A DNA stretch of 64,000 bases from an uncultured SAR116 cluster alpha proteobacterium (GTDB lineage Bacteria; Pseudomonadota; Alphaproteobacteria; Puniceispirillales; Marisalimonadaceae). The notes beneath the pieces were generated by a model, which saw only the letters and a program-made list of their open reading frames with translations, searched no databases and had not been told where the DNA came from. The stretch lies in NCBI GenBank assembly GCA_902530325.1, contig CACAAB010000001.1:11654-75653 (forward strand). The letters are read 5' to 3'. The position numbers and the translations under genes are program-made. Below, one piece after another: positions 31,262 through 41,089 of this stretch (its first letter is position 1; the number at the start of each line of letters is the position of its first letter).

Positions 31262-32467
31262 TTAGATTATGCCTTTGTTTTTAAAAGTGCTTATTTGTTC
31301 ACCAGTAAAACCGATCCCTTTAAGTACATCATCTGTATCTTCGCCTAGTTCTGGGGCAGTTTTATCTTGAAAGCTGCTATCTGTCACATGTACTGGTGTT
31401 TTCAATAAACTGATATCAACCCCTCTTTTTGTTTTTAATTTTTGGATATTTTTTCTATCTTTTAAAAATGGGTTTTCTAAAGACTCTTTTAAATTCAAAA
31501 TTGGAGCAGCTGGAACAACTCCTCCAAACTCGTCCAACCATTCAGAGGTGTTTTTTTTCATTAATTCTTCATCAAGAATTTTAGTTATTTCGTCTCTATG
31601 TTTTTGCCTAGATGAAAAGTCAACGAACTTTGGATTATCAATTAGATCTTTCCTATTTAGTTTTTTACACAGAACAGGCCAAAAACTTTCCTTATTACAC
31701 ATTATGTAAATCCAACCATCTTTAGTTTTACACAATTGACAAGGAACTAAAATTGGATGAGCTGATCTATCTAATCTCTCACTTTTAAAATCAGTGTTGA
31801 GTGTCCAGGCTGCCATATAACTTTGATTAAACATGGCCGTATCAAACAAATTGACATCTACATCTCTTCCGATACCAGTAGCCCTTGCAGATAGTATAGC
31901 ACTTACTAGTCCAAATGACATGGTCAACCCAGACATATAATCTACTATTGAAAGTCCAAATCTTGAGGGAGGTCCATTAGGTTCGCCTGTCAATGAGAAA
32001 TAACCAGCCTCTGCTTGCATAAGATAATCATATCCTGGCCAATTTTTTCTTGGCCCCTCTCTTCCGTACGCAGAACAATGTGCTGAGACAATTGCTTTAT
32101 TATATTGTTTAAGCTGATCATAGGTTATTCCAAGTTTTTCAGGAACATCTCCTCTTAAATTGTTAGAAACTGCGTCAGCATTCTCAACTAATTTTTGAAG
32201 AATTTTTTTCCCATCATTTGACAGTATATCTAAAGTTATACTTTTTTTATTTCTATTGAGAGCTTGAAAAAAAATACTGGAAGCAGAATTTCTATCTTCT
32301 CCATCTATAAAATAAGGACCAATTGCTCTTAAATAATCACCACTTGTACCTGCTGGTTCAATTTTAATTACTTCTGCTCCTAAATCAGCTAAATATTGAG
32401 TGCCAAATGGTCCCGCTCCATATTGCTCAAAAGCAATTACCTTGACTCCTGATAAAGGTAAATCCAT
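31262..32467 (-). CDS. Class III CoA-transferase (CaiB/BaiF)
   Basis: 'PLSGVKVI.FEQYGAGP', 'LADLGAEVIKIE', 'NRNKKS', 'GYDYLMQAEAG', 'IVDYMSG'. Confidence 0.92.
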   Translation of the reverse strand: MDLPLSGVKVIAFEQYGAGPFGTQYLADLGAEVIKIEPAGTSGDYLRAIGPYFIDGEDRNSASSIFFQALNRNKKSITLDILSNDGKKILQKLVENADAVSNNLRGDVPEKLGITYDQLKQYNKAIVSAHCSAYGREGPRKNWPGYDYLMQAEAGYFSLTGEPNGPPSRFGLSIVDYMSGLTMSFGLVSAILSARATGIGRDVDVNLFDTAMFNQSYMAAWTLNTDFKSERLDRSAHPILVPCQLCKTKDGWIYIMCNKESFWPVLCKKLNRKDLIDNPKFVDFSSRQKHRDEITKILDEELMKKNTSEWLDEFGGVVPAAPILNLKESLENPFLKDRKNIQKLKTKRGVDISLLKTPVHVTDSSFQDKTAPELGEDTDDVLKGIGFTGEQISTFKNKGII

Positions 32468-32478
32468 ATTATTATTCT

Positions 32479-33018
32479 CTAATTAGCTGCTTCTTTAATA
32501 ATTTCATCAACTACACTATGCCCACGCTTAGCAACTAGGAAAGATCTTACCATGTCCATTACAACAATTTTGTCTTGATTTTTACCAATGTGTCTAACCT
32601 TCACAATACCCTGTGTAGGTCTTGATTTTGATCCTCTTTTGTCTAAAACTTCCGTCTCAGAGTATAATGTATCTCCAACAAATACTGGAGCAGGTATTTT
32701 TATTTCTTCCCATCCCAAATTGGCTATTGCTTTTTGGCTAGTTCCACTAACACACATCCCTGTTACAAGGGCTAAAGTAAAAGCGGAGTTAACTAAATAT
32801 TTTCCAAACTCAGATTTAGAGGCGTAATTTGCGTCAAAGTGAATAGGATGAGTGTTCATTGTTAAATTTGTAAACCATATATTATCAGCTTCGCTTACAG
32901 TTCTACCGGGCCAATGCTCATAAACGTCTCCTACTTGAAAATCTTCAAAATATCTACCTGGATCTTCCCTATACCTTTGGGGTCCTATTTTTTTAATTCC
33001 ATAAGAATTTTCATCCAT
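32479..33018 (-). CDS. MaoC-family (R)-specific enoyl-CoA hydratase, RipB/itaconyl-CoA hydratase-like
   Basis: 'RYRE..GRYFEDF..GDVYEH.PGRT...DN..FT.LTMNTHP.HFD', 'SQKAIANLGW', 'SRPTQGIV'. Resembles Yersinia RipB (recognised from memory). Confidence 0.82.
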   Translation of the reverse strand: MDENSYGIKKIGPQRYREDPGRYFEDFQVGDVYEHWPGRTVSEADNIWFTNLTMNTHPIHFDANYASKSEFGKYLVNSAFTLALVTGMCVSGTSQKAIANLGWEEIKIPAPVFVGDTLYSETEVLDKRGSKSRPTQGIVKVRHIGKNQDKIVVMDMVRSFLVAKRGHSVVDEIIKEAAN

Positions 33019-33831
33019 TTAATCCTCCCTTGATATAATCAGTCTTGCAACCGCTAACACAGGTGCATCAACCATTTTGCCCTGATATTTAAAAGCACCA
33101 GAACCTGATGTTTTTGCTTCCTCTAAAACACCTTTTGCCCATTCAAGTTCTTCTGTAGTAGGTCTGTAAGCATCATGAATAGGTTTAATCTGATCTGGAT
33201 GTATAGCAAAACGTCCTTTGAAACCCATAGTTTTGACGTATAATGTTTCTTCTCTACATCCATCAGGATCTCTGAAATCTAACCATACACCATCAAGAGC
33301 AAGTGTGTTGTATAATGCGGCAGCATTAATAATTTTACCCCTTCCATACGCTAAACTGGCTTTACCCATGTCACCACCGGTAGATGCACAATAATCTGCT
33401 GACCCAAATCCAATTCCAGAAAACTCTATGTTTGAACAATCCCAACTTTCAATAGTTGCGATACCACGCGGCGTTTCAATTTGAGGTAAAATTAATATAT
33501 TAGTTCCAAGATCTTTTAAAAAAATCCTACATTCATCAGCAGACTCTATTTTAGGAATGGCAATAGAGTATGGAAGAGAAGGTAAAGACCTTAACATTTC
33601 TATATCATGTTGATACTCTTCAGTATCTAAAGCATTAATGCGCAATAATAGCTTATCTGCTTGACCGTCATAATTTCTATTTGCCAAATCAGAAAAATTA
33701 GATCTTCCCATAGCTTTGTTTTCATGGGCCAAACCATCTTCTAAATCAAAAATAACTTTATCGGCCCCTGATCCTATAGCCTTTGGTAATCTTTCAATTT
33801 TATCAGTTGGTAAAAATAAAATACTTCTCAA
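33019..33831 (-). CDS. CitE-like acyl-CoA lyase (citramalyl-CoA lyase / RipC-like)
   Basis: 'RSILFLP', 'DLEDG', 'RIN', 'PKIES', 'IETPRG', 'FGSADY', 'AIHPDQI', 'GKMVDAP'. Confidence 0.88.
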   Translation of the reverse strand: MRSILFLPTDKIERLPKAIGSGADKVIFDLEDGLAHENKAMGRSNFSDLANRNYDGQADKLLLRINALDTEEYQHDIEMLRSLPSLPYSIAIPKIESADECRIFLKDLGTNILILPQIETPRGIATIESWDCSNIEFSGIGFGSADYCASTGGDMGKASLAYGRGKIINAAALYNTLALDGVWLDFRDPDGCREETLYVKTMGFKGRFAIHPDQIKPIHDAYRPTTEELEWAKGVLEEAKTSGSGAFKYQGKMVDAPVLAVARLIISRED

Positions 33832-33847
33832 ATTTATCTCCTATTTT

Positions 33848-35002
33848 TTAAGAACTAAATTCAGTTCTAATTTTTTTCCCATGCTCATCTAAATCAGGCA
33901 TTTTATTCACTTCTGGTATAAGATTGTCATGTATTGCGCCTGGACCTAAGACCTTTACTTTGCCGTTTTTGGTTTCAATTTCTAAAAAATTGTTTTGGGG
34001 ATGATTTTTTAATTGTTCCATGTCAGATATTCTTCCGTAAGCAACGCTTGCTTCTTCAAGTTTTTCAATTAACTCCTCGCGATCAAAAGTTATGAATTTA
34101 TCTTGAATAATTTTTTCTGTTAATTCTCGATTAGTGACACGATCTGAGTTTGTTCTAAAGCGAGTGTCATTAACCATAGTTTCGTCGTCTAATACAATTT
34201 TACAAAGTTTCACCCATTCTCTATCATTTTGTATAGCAATTAAAATTGTCAAATTATCTTTACAATTATATGCACCATAGGGAACGATTATTGGATGGGT
34301 CATACCGTTTCTTTTTGGAATTTTCTTATTATAAACATAGCCAAGGTAGAAAGGGTTCATCCAATCTGCGAGTGAATTAAACATAGACACTGATATATGT
34401 CTGCCTTTTCCACTTACACTTCTCTTTATAAGTGCTTGCAAAATTGCTTGATAAGCTGTCATTCCTGCAGATATGTCACAGACTGAAGGGCCAACCTTTG
34501 CTCTTCCATCAACCCCAGCTTTATCTGGAAGACCAGTTATATCAATAACACCAGTTTCAGCTTGAATTAACATATCATAAGCTTTTTGGTTTTTATATGG
34601 TCCTTCGTCTCCAAATCCAGAAATAGAACATGTAATTAAAGATGGATATTTTTTTCTTAATTCAACTAAATTTAAACCAAGGCGGTCAAATGCACCTGGT
34701 GCTAAATTTTGGATTAAAATATCGGATTTTGAAATAATATTCTCAAAAATTTTAAAATCCTCTCTGTTTTTAAGATCTAAAGCAATTGACTCCTTCCCTC
34801 TATTCAACCAAACAAAATAAGCGCTATTTCCAAGTGCGTTGCTATCATAGTTTCTGGCAAAATCACCTTCAGGTCTTTCAACTTTTATAACTCTGGCACC
34901 TGCATCTGCCAGTCTGCACGATGTATAGGGGGCTGCCACAGCTTGCTCAACTGTTACGACTAATAAACCTTCTAAGTCCTTTCCGGAATTTTGTCTTTCC
35001 AT
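33848..35002 (-). CDS. Class III CoA-transferase, itaconate/citramalate CoA-transferase-like
   Basis: 'EQAVAAP....LADAGARVIKVERP.GDFAR.YD', 'FVWLNRGKES', 'QNLAPGA', 'KAYD', 'DISAGM' - the Ict-type subfamily pattern. Confidence 0.85.
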   Translation of the reverse strand: MERQNSGKDLEGLLVVTVEQAVAAPYTSCRLADAGARVIKVERPEGDFARNYDSNALGNSAYFVWLNRGKESIALDLKNREDFKIFENIISKSDILIQNLAPGAFDRLGLNLVELRKKYPSLITCSISGFGDEGPYKNQKAYDMLIQAETGVIDITGLPDKAGVDGRAKVGPSVCDISAGMTAYQAILQALIKRSVSGKGRHISVSMFNSLADWMNPFYLGYVYNKKIPKRNGMTHPIIVPYGAYNCKDNLTILIAIQNDREWVKLCKIVLDDETMVNDTRFRTNSDRVTNRELTEKIIQDKFITFDREELIEKLEEASVAYGRISDMEQLKNHPQNNFLEIETKNGKVKVLGPGAIHDNLIPEVNKMPDLDEHGKKIRTEFSS

Positions 35003-36321
35003 TAGCTAACCAAGCAATCTACTAAAGAAGAAACTTTACTTTCAGAGGGCGAGTTTAAGATTGTAGAAATTTCATGAGATCTATTTTTTGATAGCAATGA
35101 CTCAGATTTGTTAACAATTTTATTTTCCAAAATATTTTGATCAATCTTGTCTGATAAATCATGTTTATTTTTTATATCTCTAGTTCCATCTTTAATAGAA
35201 ATTGAAGACTGAGTATTTGTTAATTTGTCATTAGGTATGACTCTTACCTTGTCCCTAACATTATTTATTTTTTCATCAAAACAAATATCATCGTTGTAGG
35301 TCCCTAAGTCGGCTGTATCTCTGCCATAAATTGACATGGCTGCTGTTAATTTATAAGAAAATTTTGATTCCAAACCAGTTTTAGGTTCTTGAATATTACA
35401 CACTTTGAGCCAAGAAGGATTAGTTTCAATTGCAATCTCTTCAATTGATTCAGGATTAAAGTTATTTTCTTGTTTTAATTCCTCAAGTGCTTCTAGGAAA
35501 GAATGTAGACCATGACAACAGGCATGAAATTTATACTTAATTTCAGGAAACAGGAAGTCTGTTCCTAAGTTTTCTACAGCTCTTGTAGGAGTTTTTTTAT
35601 CCCAACCATGAGTTTGAAAAAAACCTTGATCACACTCAATACCATCTTCTCTTGACACAAACCCAAGTTTAGATAATTTGGCAGCCTCAATACCATTTGA
35701 TGCAGCCATTCCTGCGTGATACGGTTTACCCATCGTACCAAATTGGGATTTAATTCCAGATGCTCTCGTTGAAACCAAACCAAGCGCATTTATTGTCTGA
35801 TCCTCGCTCAAATTTAGTAATTTTGATGCAACAATTGTCGCACCAAATGATCCACTTGTAGCAGTTTGATGGAAACCTGCATTATAATGAGAATAGCCTA
35901 AGATATGACCAATTCTAGTAGAGACTTCAACTCCAGACATATAAGCAAGTAATAAATCTTCTATAGATAATTCTAATTCTTCGCCTAAGGCTAAAGCAGT
36001 TGGTAATGCACTTGAAGTTGGATGGCCAACAAAAAGAAAGTGAGTGTCATCATAATCTAATGCATGACCAGTAGCTCCGTTAGCTAAAGCTGCGCCTCTT
36101 GATGAAACGTTGTATCCAGTTGAAATCACCCGTGCTTGATTAACGCCATTTTCTTCTTTAACCATTTCAGAAACTATTTTCGAAACCGGTTCTTGTTTTG
36201 CTGCATATGCTACTCCACACCAGTCTAGAATAGACATCTTTGCAAAAAACTTCATTTCATCATTAAAACTGTCTAGTGTACTATTAAATCCATAACTACC
36301 AAATAATTTTGTAATCGACAT
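35002..36321 (-). CDS. MmgE/PrpD family protein (paralog 2)
   Basis: 'GHALDYDDTH...GHPT', 'GFHQT', 'FGTMGKPYHAG', 'KFHACCHGLH'. Confidence 0.9.
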   Translation of the reverse strand: MSITKLFGSYGFNSTLDSFNDEMKFFAKMSILDWCGVAYAAKQEPVSKIVSEMVKEENGVNQARVISTGYNVSSRGAALANGATGHALDYDDTHFLFVGHPTSSALPTALALGEELELSIEDLLLAYMSGVEVSTRIGHILGYSHYNAGFHQTATSGSFGATIVASKLLNLSEDQTINALGLVSTRASGIKSQFGTMGKPYHAGMAASNGIEAAKLSKLGFVSREDGIECDQGFFQTHGWDKKTPTRAVENLGTDFLFPEIKYKFHACCHGLHSFLEALEELKQENNFNPESIEEIAIETNPSWLKVCNIQEPKTGLESKFSYKLTAAMSIYGRDTADLGTYNDDICFDEKINNVRDKVRVIPNDKLTNTQSSISIKDGTRDIKNKHDLSDKIDQNILENKIVNKSESLLSKNRSHEISTILNSPSESKVSSLVDCLVS

Positions 36322-36341
36322 AATCTACCCCTTCCCTAAAA

Positions 36342-37199
36342 CTATTCAAAATGTGCTTCAGCTTGCATGGTCATTCCTGAACCCTCTACAGCACCCCAAC
36401 AACTAACGCTTCCATCAGTGTTTTCCTTTGCGCCAATTATATAATCACTATTTGCAAAAACAGGGGCCATAACTTTATGACTAAATGATGTTACAGTCTT
36501 GCCTTTAAGCTTTTCAGCTGCCCTTAATAAAAAAGTAGCTTGCAAGGGACCATGAACAATTAAATCAGGATAGTTCTCTTCATTTTTAGTATATGGATAG
36601 TCATAATGTATTCTATGACCTACAAAACCAATCGCTGAATAACGGAACAATATTGTTGGATGCATAAAAATAGTTTCTGTATAGTCTGCATCTTCAGGTA
36701 TTTTGTCTGACACACCAGAACCACCACCTGCTTTAGTTACATCTCTATAAACAATATTATGAAGTTCATGCAATCTTACCTCTTCATTAACTAAAAATTC
36801 ATACTCTGCAGTAACAAAACAAAGCTGTCCTGTCCTACCCTCCTTTAGTTTTATGTCAGCTACCTTAGATTTTTTTATAACTTTATCACCTACTCTTAAA
36901 GGTTTTATTACTTTGATCTGACTCCCTGCCCACATTCTTCTTGGAAGTGGGACTGGAGGCAAAAAATCACCTCTAGCTGGATGAGAATCCACACCAAGTT
37001 CGTCATTTTTTTTTAAATCCCAACCTAACATCCAATGCAAACCAGAGGTTGCATCCTCCCCAATTTTGGGATCGCCTGGATCAATATTTAATGTTGCTCT
37101 GTACCTCTGTTCAACAATTGGTGTAAGGTAATCTGTTACAGTCTCTATATTACCTAACCATTTATTTAAATGATTAATATCAAGCGCTTCATTTTCCAT
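36342..37199 (-). CDS. HTD2-family double hot-dog hydratase (mesaconyl-C4-CoA / itaconyl-CoA hydratase-like)
   Basis: 'LG.DSHP.RGDFLPPVPLPRRMWAGS', 'K.GRTG.L.FV', 'LFRYSA....HRIHYD', 'LIVHGPLQAT'. Confidence 0.88.
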   Translation of the reverse strand: MENEALDINHLNKWLGNIETVTDYLTPIVEQRYRATLNIDPGDPKIGEDATSGLHWMLGWDLKKNDELGVDSHPARGDFLPPVPLPRRMWAGSQIKVIKPLRVGDKVIKKSKVADIKLKEGRTGQLCFVTAEYEFLVNEEVRLHELHNIVYRDVTKAGGGSGVSDKIPEDADYTETIFMHPTILFRYSAIGFVGHRIHYDYPYTKNEENYPDLIVHGPLQATFLLRAAEKLKGKTVTSFSHKVMAPVFANSDYIIGAKENTDGSVSCWGAVEGSGMTMQAEAHFE

Positions 37200-37295
37200 T
37201 TACCGAACCTTTATTTTTAAGGATATTTGAAACTATTAAATATAAAAATTATATTAATATCAATTAATAAAATATTTAATGATAGAAACTTTGAA

Positions 37296-37640
37296 ATGCC
37301 TTCTTTAATTTTACATATAGATGAAACCTTAGAAAATATTTTTGAAATGTCTGCAGTTAAAGAAATAGAAAAAAGCATAATAGATATTATTCAAGAAGAG
37401 TTAGAGGCTGAAAAAAACAACTGTCAAATTATATGGGTTAAGAGTAAAATAATTTACTCAAATTATAAAATATTTGGTGAATTGAAGTTTAGAGATAATG
37501 AGACTAGAAATATTGACAAAAGAGATAAATGTTTAAAAAGAATTGGTAAAATTTTACAAAATAAATTTAATGTCTTTATAAGACTTAGGGCATTCTCAAT
37601 TCACGATGCATCAATAACTGCACTAGATCTTGTAAATTAA
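37296..37640 (+). CDS. Hypothetical protein, possible Pro-1 tautomerase superfamily member
   Basis: In-frame ATG at 37296 gives 'MPSLILHID...', about 114 aa, with an apparent beta-alpha-beta pattern. The longer TTG start runs through AT-rich promoter DNA. Confidence 0.5.
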   Translation: MPSLILHIDETLENIFEMSAVKEIEKSIIDIIQEELEAEKNNCQIIWVKSKIIYSNYKIFGELKFRDNETRNIDKRDKCLKRIGKILQNKFNVFIRLRAFSIHDASITALDLVN

Positions 37641-37677
37641 AATTGTATTTCAAGTGATAAAAATAGAAGGATCAGTA

Positions 37678-38469
37678 ATGAGTGAAAATATTGTATTAAC
37701 AAGCGTAAATGAAAGAGGAATTGCTGAAGTTATTTTAAACCGTCCAGAAAGAAATAATGCATATAACGGAAATATGATTATTGAATTAATCAAAAGCTTT
37801 GAATCTTTATATAAAAATAACTCTGTAAGAATAGTGCTCATTAAAGGCAAAGGAAAACATTTTCAAGCAGGAGCTGACTTACAATGGCTAAAAGAAATTG
37901 GTAAACTTAGTCAAAAAGAAAATATAGAGGTTTCAAGAAAAACAGCTTCAGCGATTCAAGGTCTTACAAAGTTCCCTAAGCCAACAATAGCCTTGATACA
38001 TGGAGGATGCTTTGGAGGTGGAACTGGAATTGCCGCAGCAGCTGATATAGTAATAGCTAGTGAAGACGCTATTTTTTCTATTTCTGAAGCTAGATGGGGT
38101 GTAATGGCAGGAATAATAATACCTCATTTAAACGCCAGTATTGGCGTAAGAAACGTTAGAAGATATGCTCTTACATGTGAGCGTTTTAGCTCTAGTCAGG
38201 CTAAGGAAATGGGTTTAGTTCACCAAGTTTGTAAAACGGGTGAGCTTGAAAATGCTGTTCAACCTGTTATTGAGGACTTGTTAATGTGCGCTCCAGATGC
38301 ATTGGAAGCTACAAAAAGAAGAACTTTAATTGAAAGTGGTTTAATGTTGTCAGATGAAAAATTTGACGAACTTGTTTTTGAACATTCTCAAAAAAGGATG
38401 ACTACTGAAGCAAAAGAGGGTCTAAATAGTTTTCTTGAGAAAAGAACTGCATCTTGGTATCAAAATTAA
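37678..38469 (+). CDS. Enoyl-CoA hydratase / crotonase (methylglutaconyl-CoA hydratase-like)
   Basis: 'LNRPERNNA', 'FQAGADL', 'GGGTG', 'SEARWG', 'EGL.SFLEKR'. Confidence 0.88.
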   Translation: MSENIVLTSVNERGIAEVILNRPERNNAYNGNMIIELIKSFESLYKNNSVRIVLIKGKGKHFQAGADLQWLKEIGKLSQKENIEVSRKTASAIQGLTKFPKPTIALIHGGCFGGGTGIAAAADIVIASEDAIFSISEARWGVMAGIIIPHLNASIGVRNVRRYALTCERFSSSQAKEMGLVHQVCKTGELENAVQPVIEDLLMCAPDALEATKRRTLIESGLMLSDEKFDELVFEHSQKRMTTEAKEGLNSFLEKRTASWYQN

Positions 38470-38485
38470 ATCATAGGATATATAA

Positions 38486-39841
38486 ATGCCTGCATTAGTT
38501 ACTAATTCAAAAATATGGGGAGAAATGTTTGGTACTAAAGAAATGCATTTCTTATTTTCTGACGAGAGTACTACACAACTTTATTTAGATGTGGAAGCGG
38601 CTTTAGCAAGATCACAATCAAAGTTGAATATTATACCAAAAGAAGCTGGAGAAAAAATAACCCAAGCAGCAAAAGTAGATATAATTGATTGGAAGAAACT
38701 TGAAAAAAGGACATCTATAGTTGGATATCCAATTCTTCCACTAGTAGAACAACTAAGTGAAAAAGTTGAAGGCAACTTTGGACAATTTTGTCATTGGGGC
38801 GCTACAACACAAGATATTATGGACACAGCAGATATCCTTCAAATTAGAAAGGGTCTTGAATTATTATCTAAAGACCTAAAGTCAATTTCAGATGCTTTAG
38901 AAAAAATTGTTGAATATCACATTAAAACACCTATGGCTGGTAGAACACATTTGCAACATGCTTTACCTATATCTTTTGGGTACAAGGCATCTACTTGGTT
39001 ATCTGGTATAGATAGGCATCACAAAAGACTAGAAGAAATAAAGAAACGTATTTTCAATGTTTCATTTTTTGGAGCAGCAGGAACACTTGCTTCTTTGGGA
39101 GAAGATAATGGTCTTAAGACACAGTCAACTCTTGCAGAAGAATTAGATCTGAATGTACCTGACGTAAGTTGGCATTCTATTAGAGATAATTTTTGTGAAG
39201 TAACTGGTTGGCTTGCAATAGTCGCCGCATCGCTTGGTAAGATAGCTTATGATGTGATGTTAATGATGCAAACAGAAACACAAGAAGTGGCTGAACCATA
39301 TCTTCACGGACGAGGTTCTTCTTCGACAATGCCTCAAAAAAGAAATCCTATTTCTTCTGAGATAATGCTGGCTTGTTCAAAACTATTAAGAGAACATCAT
39401 TCTTCTATGCTAGATGCTATGGTCCTTGACCATGAAAGAGCTACAGGTCAATGGCATGTAGAATGGCATGTAATACCTAATGCCTTTTTGGTTGCTTCTT
39501 CATCTTTCAACTCAGCTAAATATCTTTTGGAAGGTTTAGAAGTTTCACCTGAAAAAATGAAGGAAAACATTTATAAAACTAATGGGTTAATTGTTGCAGA
39601 GTCTGTTATGATGGCCCTCGCACCCAAAATGGGAAGACAAATTGCACACGATTTAGTTTATGACTGTTGTAGGGAATCAATCAAAAACAACATATCATTC
39701 ATAGATATATTATTAAAAAACAAAGAAATTTCTAAATTTTTTAATGAACAAGATTTGTTAAAAATGATAGATCCATCTAATTATTTAGGAGCGGCTCCTA
39801 CTATGGCACAGAGACTTTTAGATAAAAGAAAGTTACCATAA
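38486..39841 (+). CDS. Fumarase/aspartase superfamily lyase (3-carboxy-cis,cis-muconate cycloisomerase-like)
   Basis: 'HWGATTQDI.DTA', 'MAGRTHLQHA.P', 'FGAAGTLASLG', signature 'GSSSTMPQKRNP', 'DHERATGQW..EW'. Confidence 0.82.
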   Translation: MPALVTNSKIWGEMFGTKEMHFLFSDESTTQLYLDVEAALARSQSKLNIIPKEAGEKITQAAKVDIIDWKKLEKRTSIVGYPILPLVEQLSEKVEGNFGQFCHWGATTQDIMDTADILQIRKGLELLSKDLKSISDALEKIVEYHIKTPMAGRTHLQHALPISFGYKASTWLSGIDRHHKRLEEIKKRIFNVSFFGAAGTLASLGEDNGLKTQSTLAEELDLNVPDVSWHSIRDNFCEVTGWLAIVAASLGKIAYDVMLMMQTETQEVAEPYLHGRGSSSTMPQKRNPISSEIMLACSKLLREHHSSMLDAMVLDHERATGQWHVEWHVIPNAFLVASSSFNSAKYLLEGLEVSPEKMKENIYKTNGLIVAESVMMALAPKMGRQIAHDLVYDCCRESIKNNISFIDILLKNKEISKFFNEQDLLKMIDPSNYLGAAPTMAQRLLDKRKLP

Positions 39842-39845
39842 TATA

Positions 39846-40262
39846 ATGCAACAATTAATGACAAAAGAAAGCCTTGATAAATTTTTAAATAAAGAATTTC
39901 CTCAAGTAAGCAAAAACTTCAAGATATTAAATGTAAGCGACCAGTCTTTTTCAATGCTAATGTACATTACTGAAGAACATTTGAGACCAGGGGCAACAGT
40001 TTCAGGCCCAACTATGTTTTTATTGGCAGACGTAACTTTTTATTTAGCAACACTAAGCGTTATAGGACCAAAAAGTCTTACTGTTACAACTAATTGTTCA
40101 ATAAATTTTTTAAGAAAACCAAATGAGAAAAATTTAACTAGTAAAGCCAGAATTTTAAAATTAGGAAAAACTTTAAGTGTAGGCGATGTTTTAATTTATT
40201 CAGAAGATATTGACGAGCCTGTTGCCCACGCTTCACTTACATATTCTATTCCACAAAAATAA
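39846..40262 (+). CDS. PaaI family hot-dog thioesterase
   Basis: 'HLRPGATVSGPTMF.LAD', 'INFLRKP', 'LKLGK.L.VG', 'TYSIP'. Confidence 0.9.
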   Translation: MQQLMTKESLDKFLNKEFPQVSKNFKILNVSDQSFSMLMYITEEHLRPGATVSGPTMFLLADVTFYLATLSVIGPKSLTVTTNCSINFLRKPNEKNLTSKARILKLGKTLSVGDVLIYSEDIDEPVAHASLTYSIPQK

Positions 40263-40264
40263 AT

Positions 40265-41089
40265 TCATATTCTATCTCTATGCCAAATTAAATGATCTGA
40301 CATAAAGGTTGATATAAAATAATATGAATGATCATAATTTGGGTGCATTCTAAGTTTTAAATTAATATTTGTATCTTTACATGCATCATCTAATAGCCAA
40401 GGTCTTAACCCTTCTTTTAAAAAACTATCCGCATCTCCCTGATCAACAAGAATTTCAGGAAAATGATAACCATTTTTAACTAAAGCTACACTATCATACA
40501 TTTGCCAATCACTTTGATTTAAACCAATATATTTTTTAAAGGCATCACTAGACCAGCTGGCTGTCGATGGCTCGACAATTGGAGCAAATGCAGAACAACT
40601 TTTAAATTTCTTTGGGTTTCTTAAAGCCATTACAATAGCTCCATGACCACCCATTGAGTGACCAAAAATACTTTGTCTAGACATATCAAAATCGAAATTA
40701 TTTTCAATAATACTTGGAAGTTCTTCAATTATATAAGTGTACATATTATAATTTCTGTCATATGGCGGTTCTGTTGCATCCAGATAAAAACCAGCTCCAC
40801 TGCCAAATTGCCAATTGTCTTTTTCGTCGGGTATATCTTCTCCTCTAGGACTAGTATCAGGACAAATAATTGCTATGCCTAGTTCAGCAGCTTTTTTTCT
40901 GTACTCACCTTTTTCCATTACGTTTAAGTGACTACAAGTTAAACCAGATAGATACCACAAGACTGGAGGTTTTTTTATTTTGGGAGGGATAAAAACTGCA
41001 AAAGTCATTTCACAATTATTAACCAGAGACTGATGACTACAGACTAATTGTTTACCCTCAAATGAAAATACTTCAGATATATTTTTCAT
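40265..41089 (-). CDS. fghA: S-formylglutathione hydrolase
   Basis: 'LSGLTC', 'PDTSPRG', 'GAGFYLDAT', 'GHSMGGHGA', 'YDHSYYFI'. Confidence 0.95.
   Translation of the reverse strand: MKNISEVFSFEGKQLVCSHQSLVNNCEMTFAVFIPPKIKKPPVLWYLSGLTCSHLNVMEKGEYRKKAAELGIAIICPDTSPRGEDIPDEKDNWQFGSGAGFYLDATEPPYDRNYNMYTYIIEELPSIIENNFDFDMSRQSIFGHSMGGHGAIVMALRNPKKFKSCSAFAPIVEPSTASWSSDAFKKYIGLNQSDWQMYDSVALVKNGYHFPEILVDQGDADSFLKEGLRPWLLDDACKDTNINLKLRMHPNYDHSYYFISTFMSDHLIWHRDRI

Noticed and set aside
38486-39841. purB or a firm pcaB symbol
   Set aside because: Superfamily motifs alone do not fix the substrate and the context is ambiguous, so no symbol was given.
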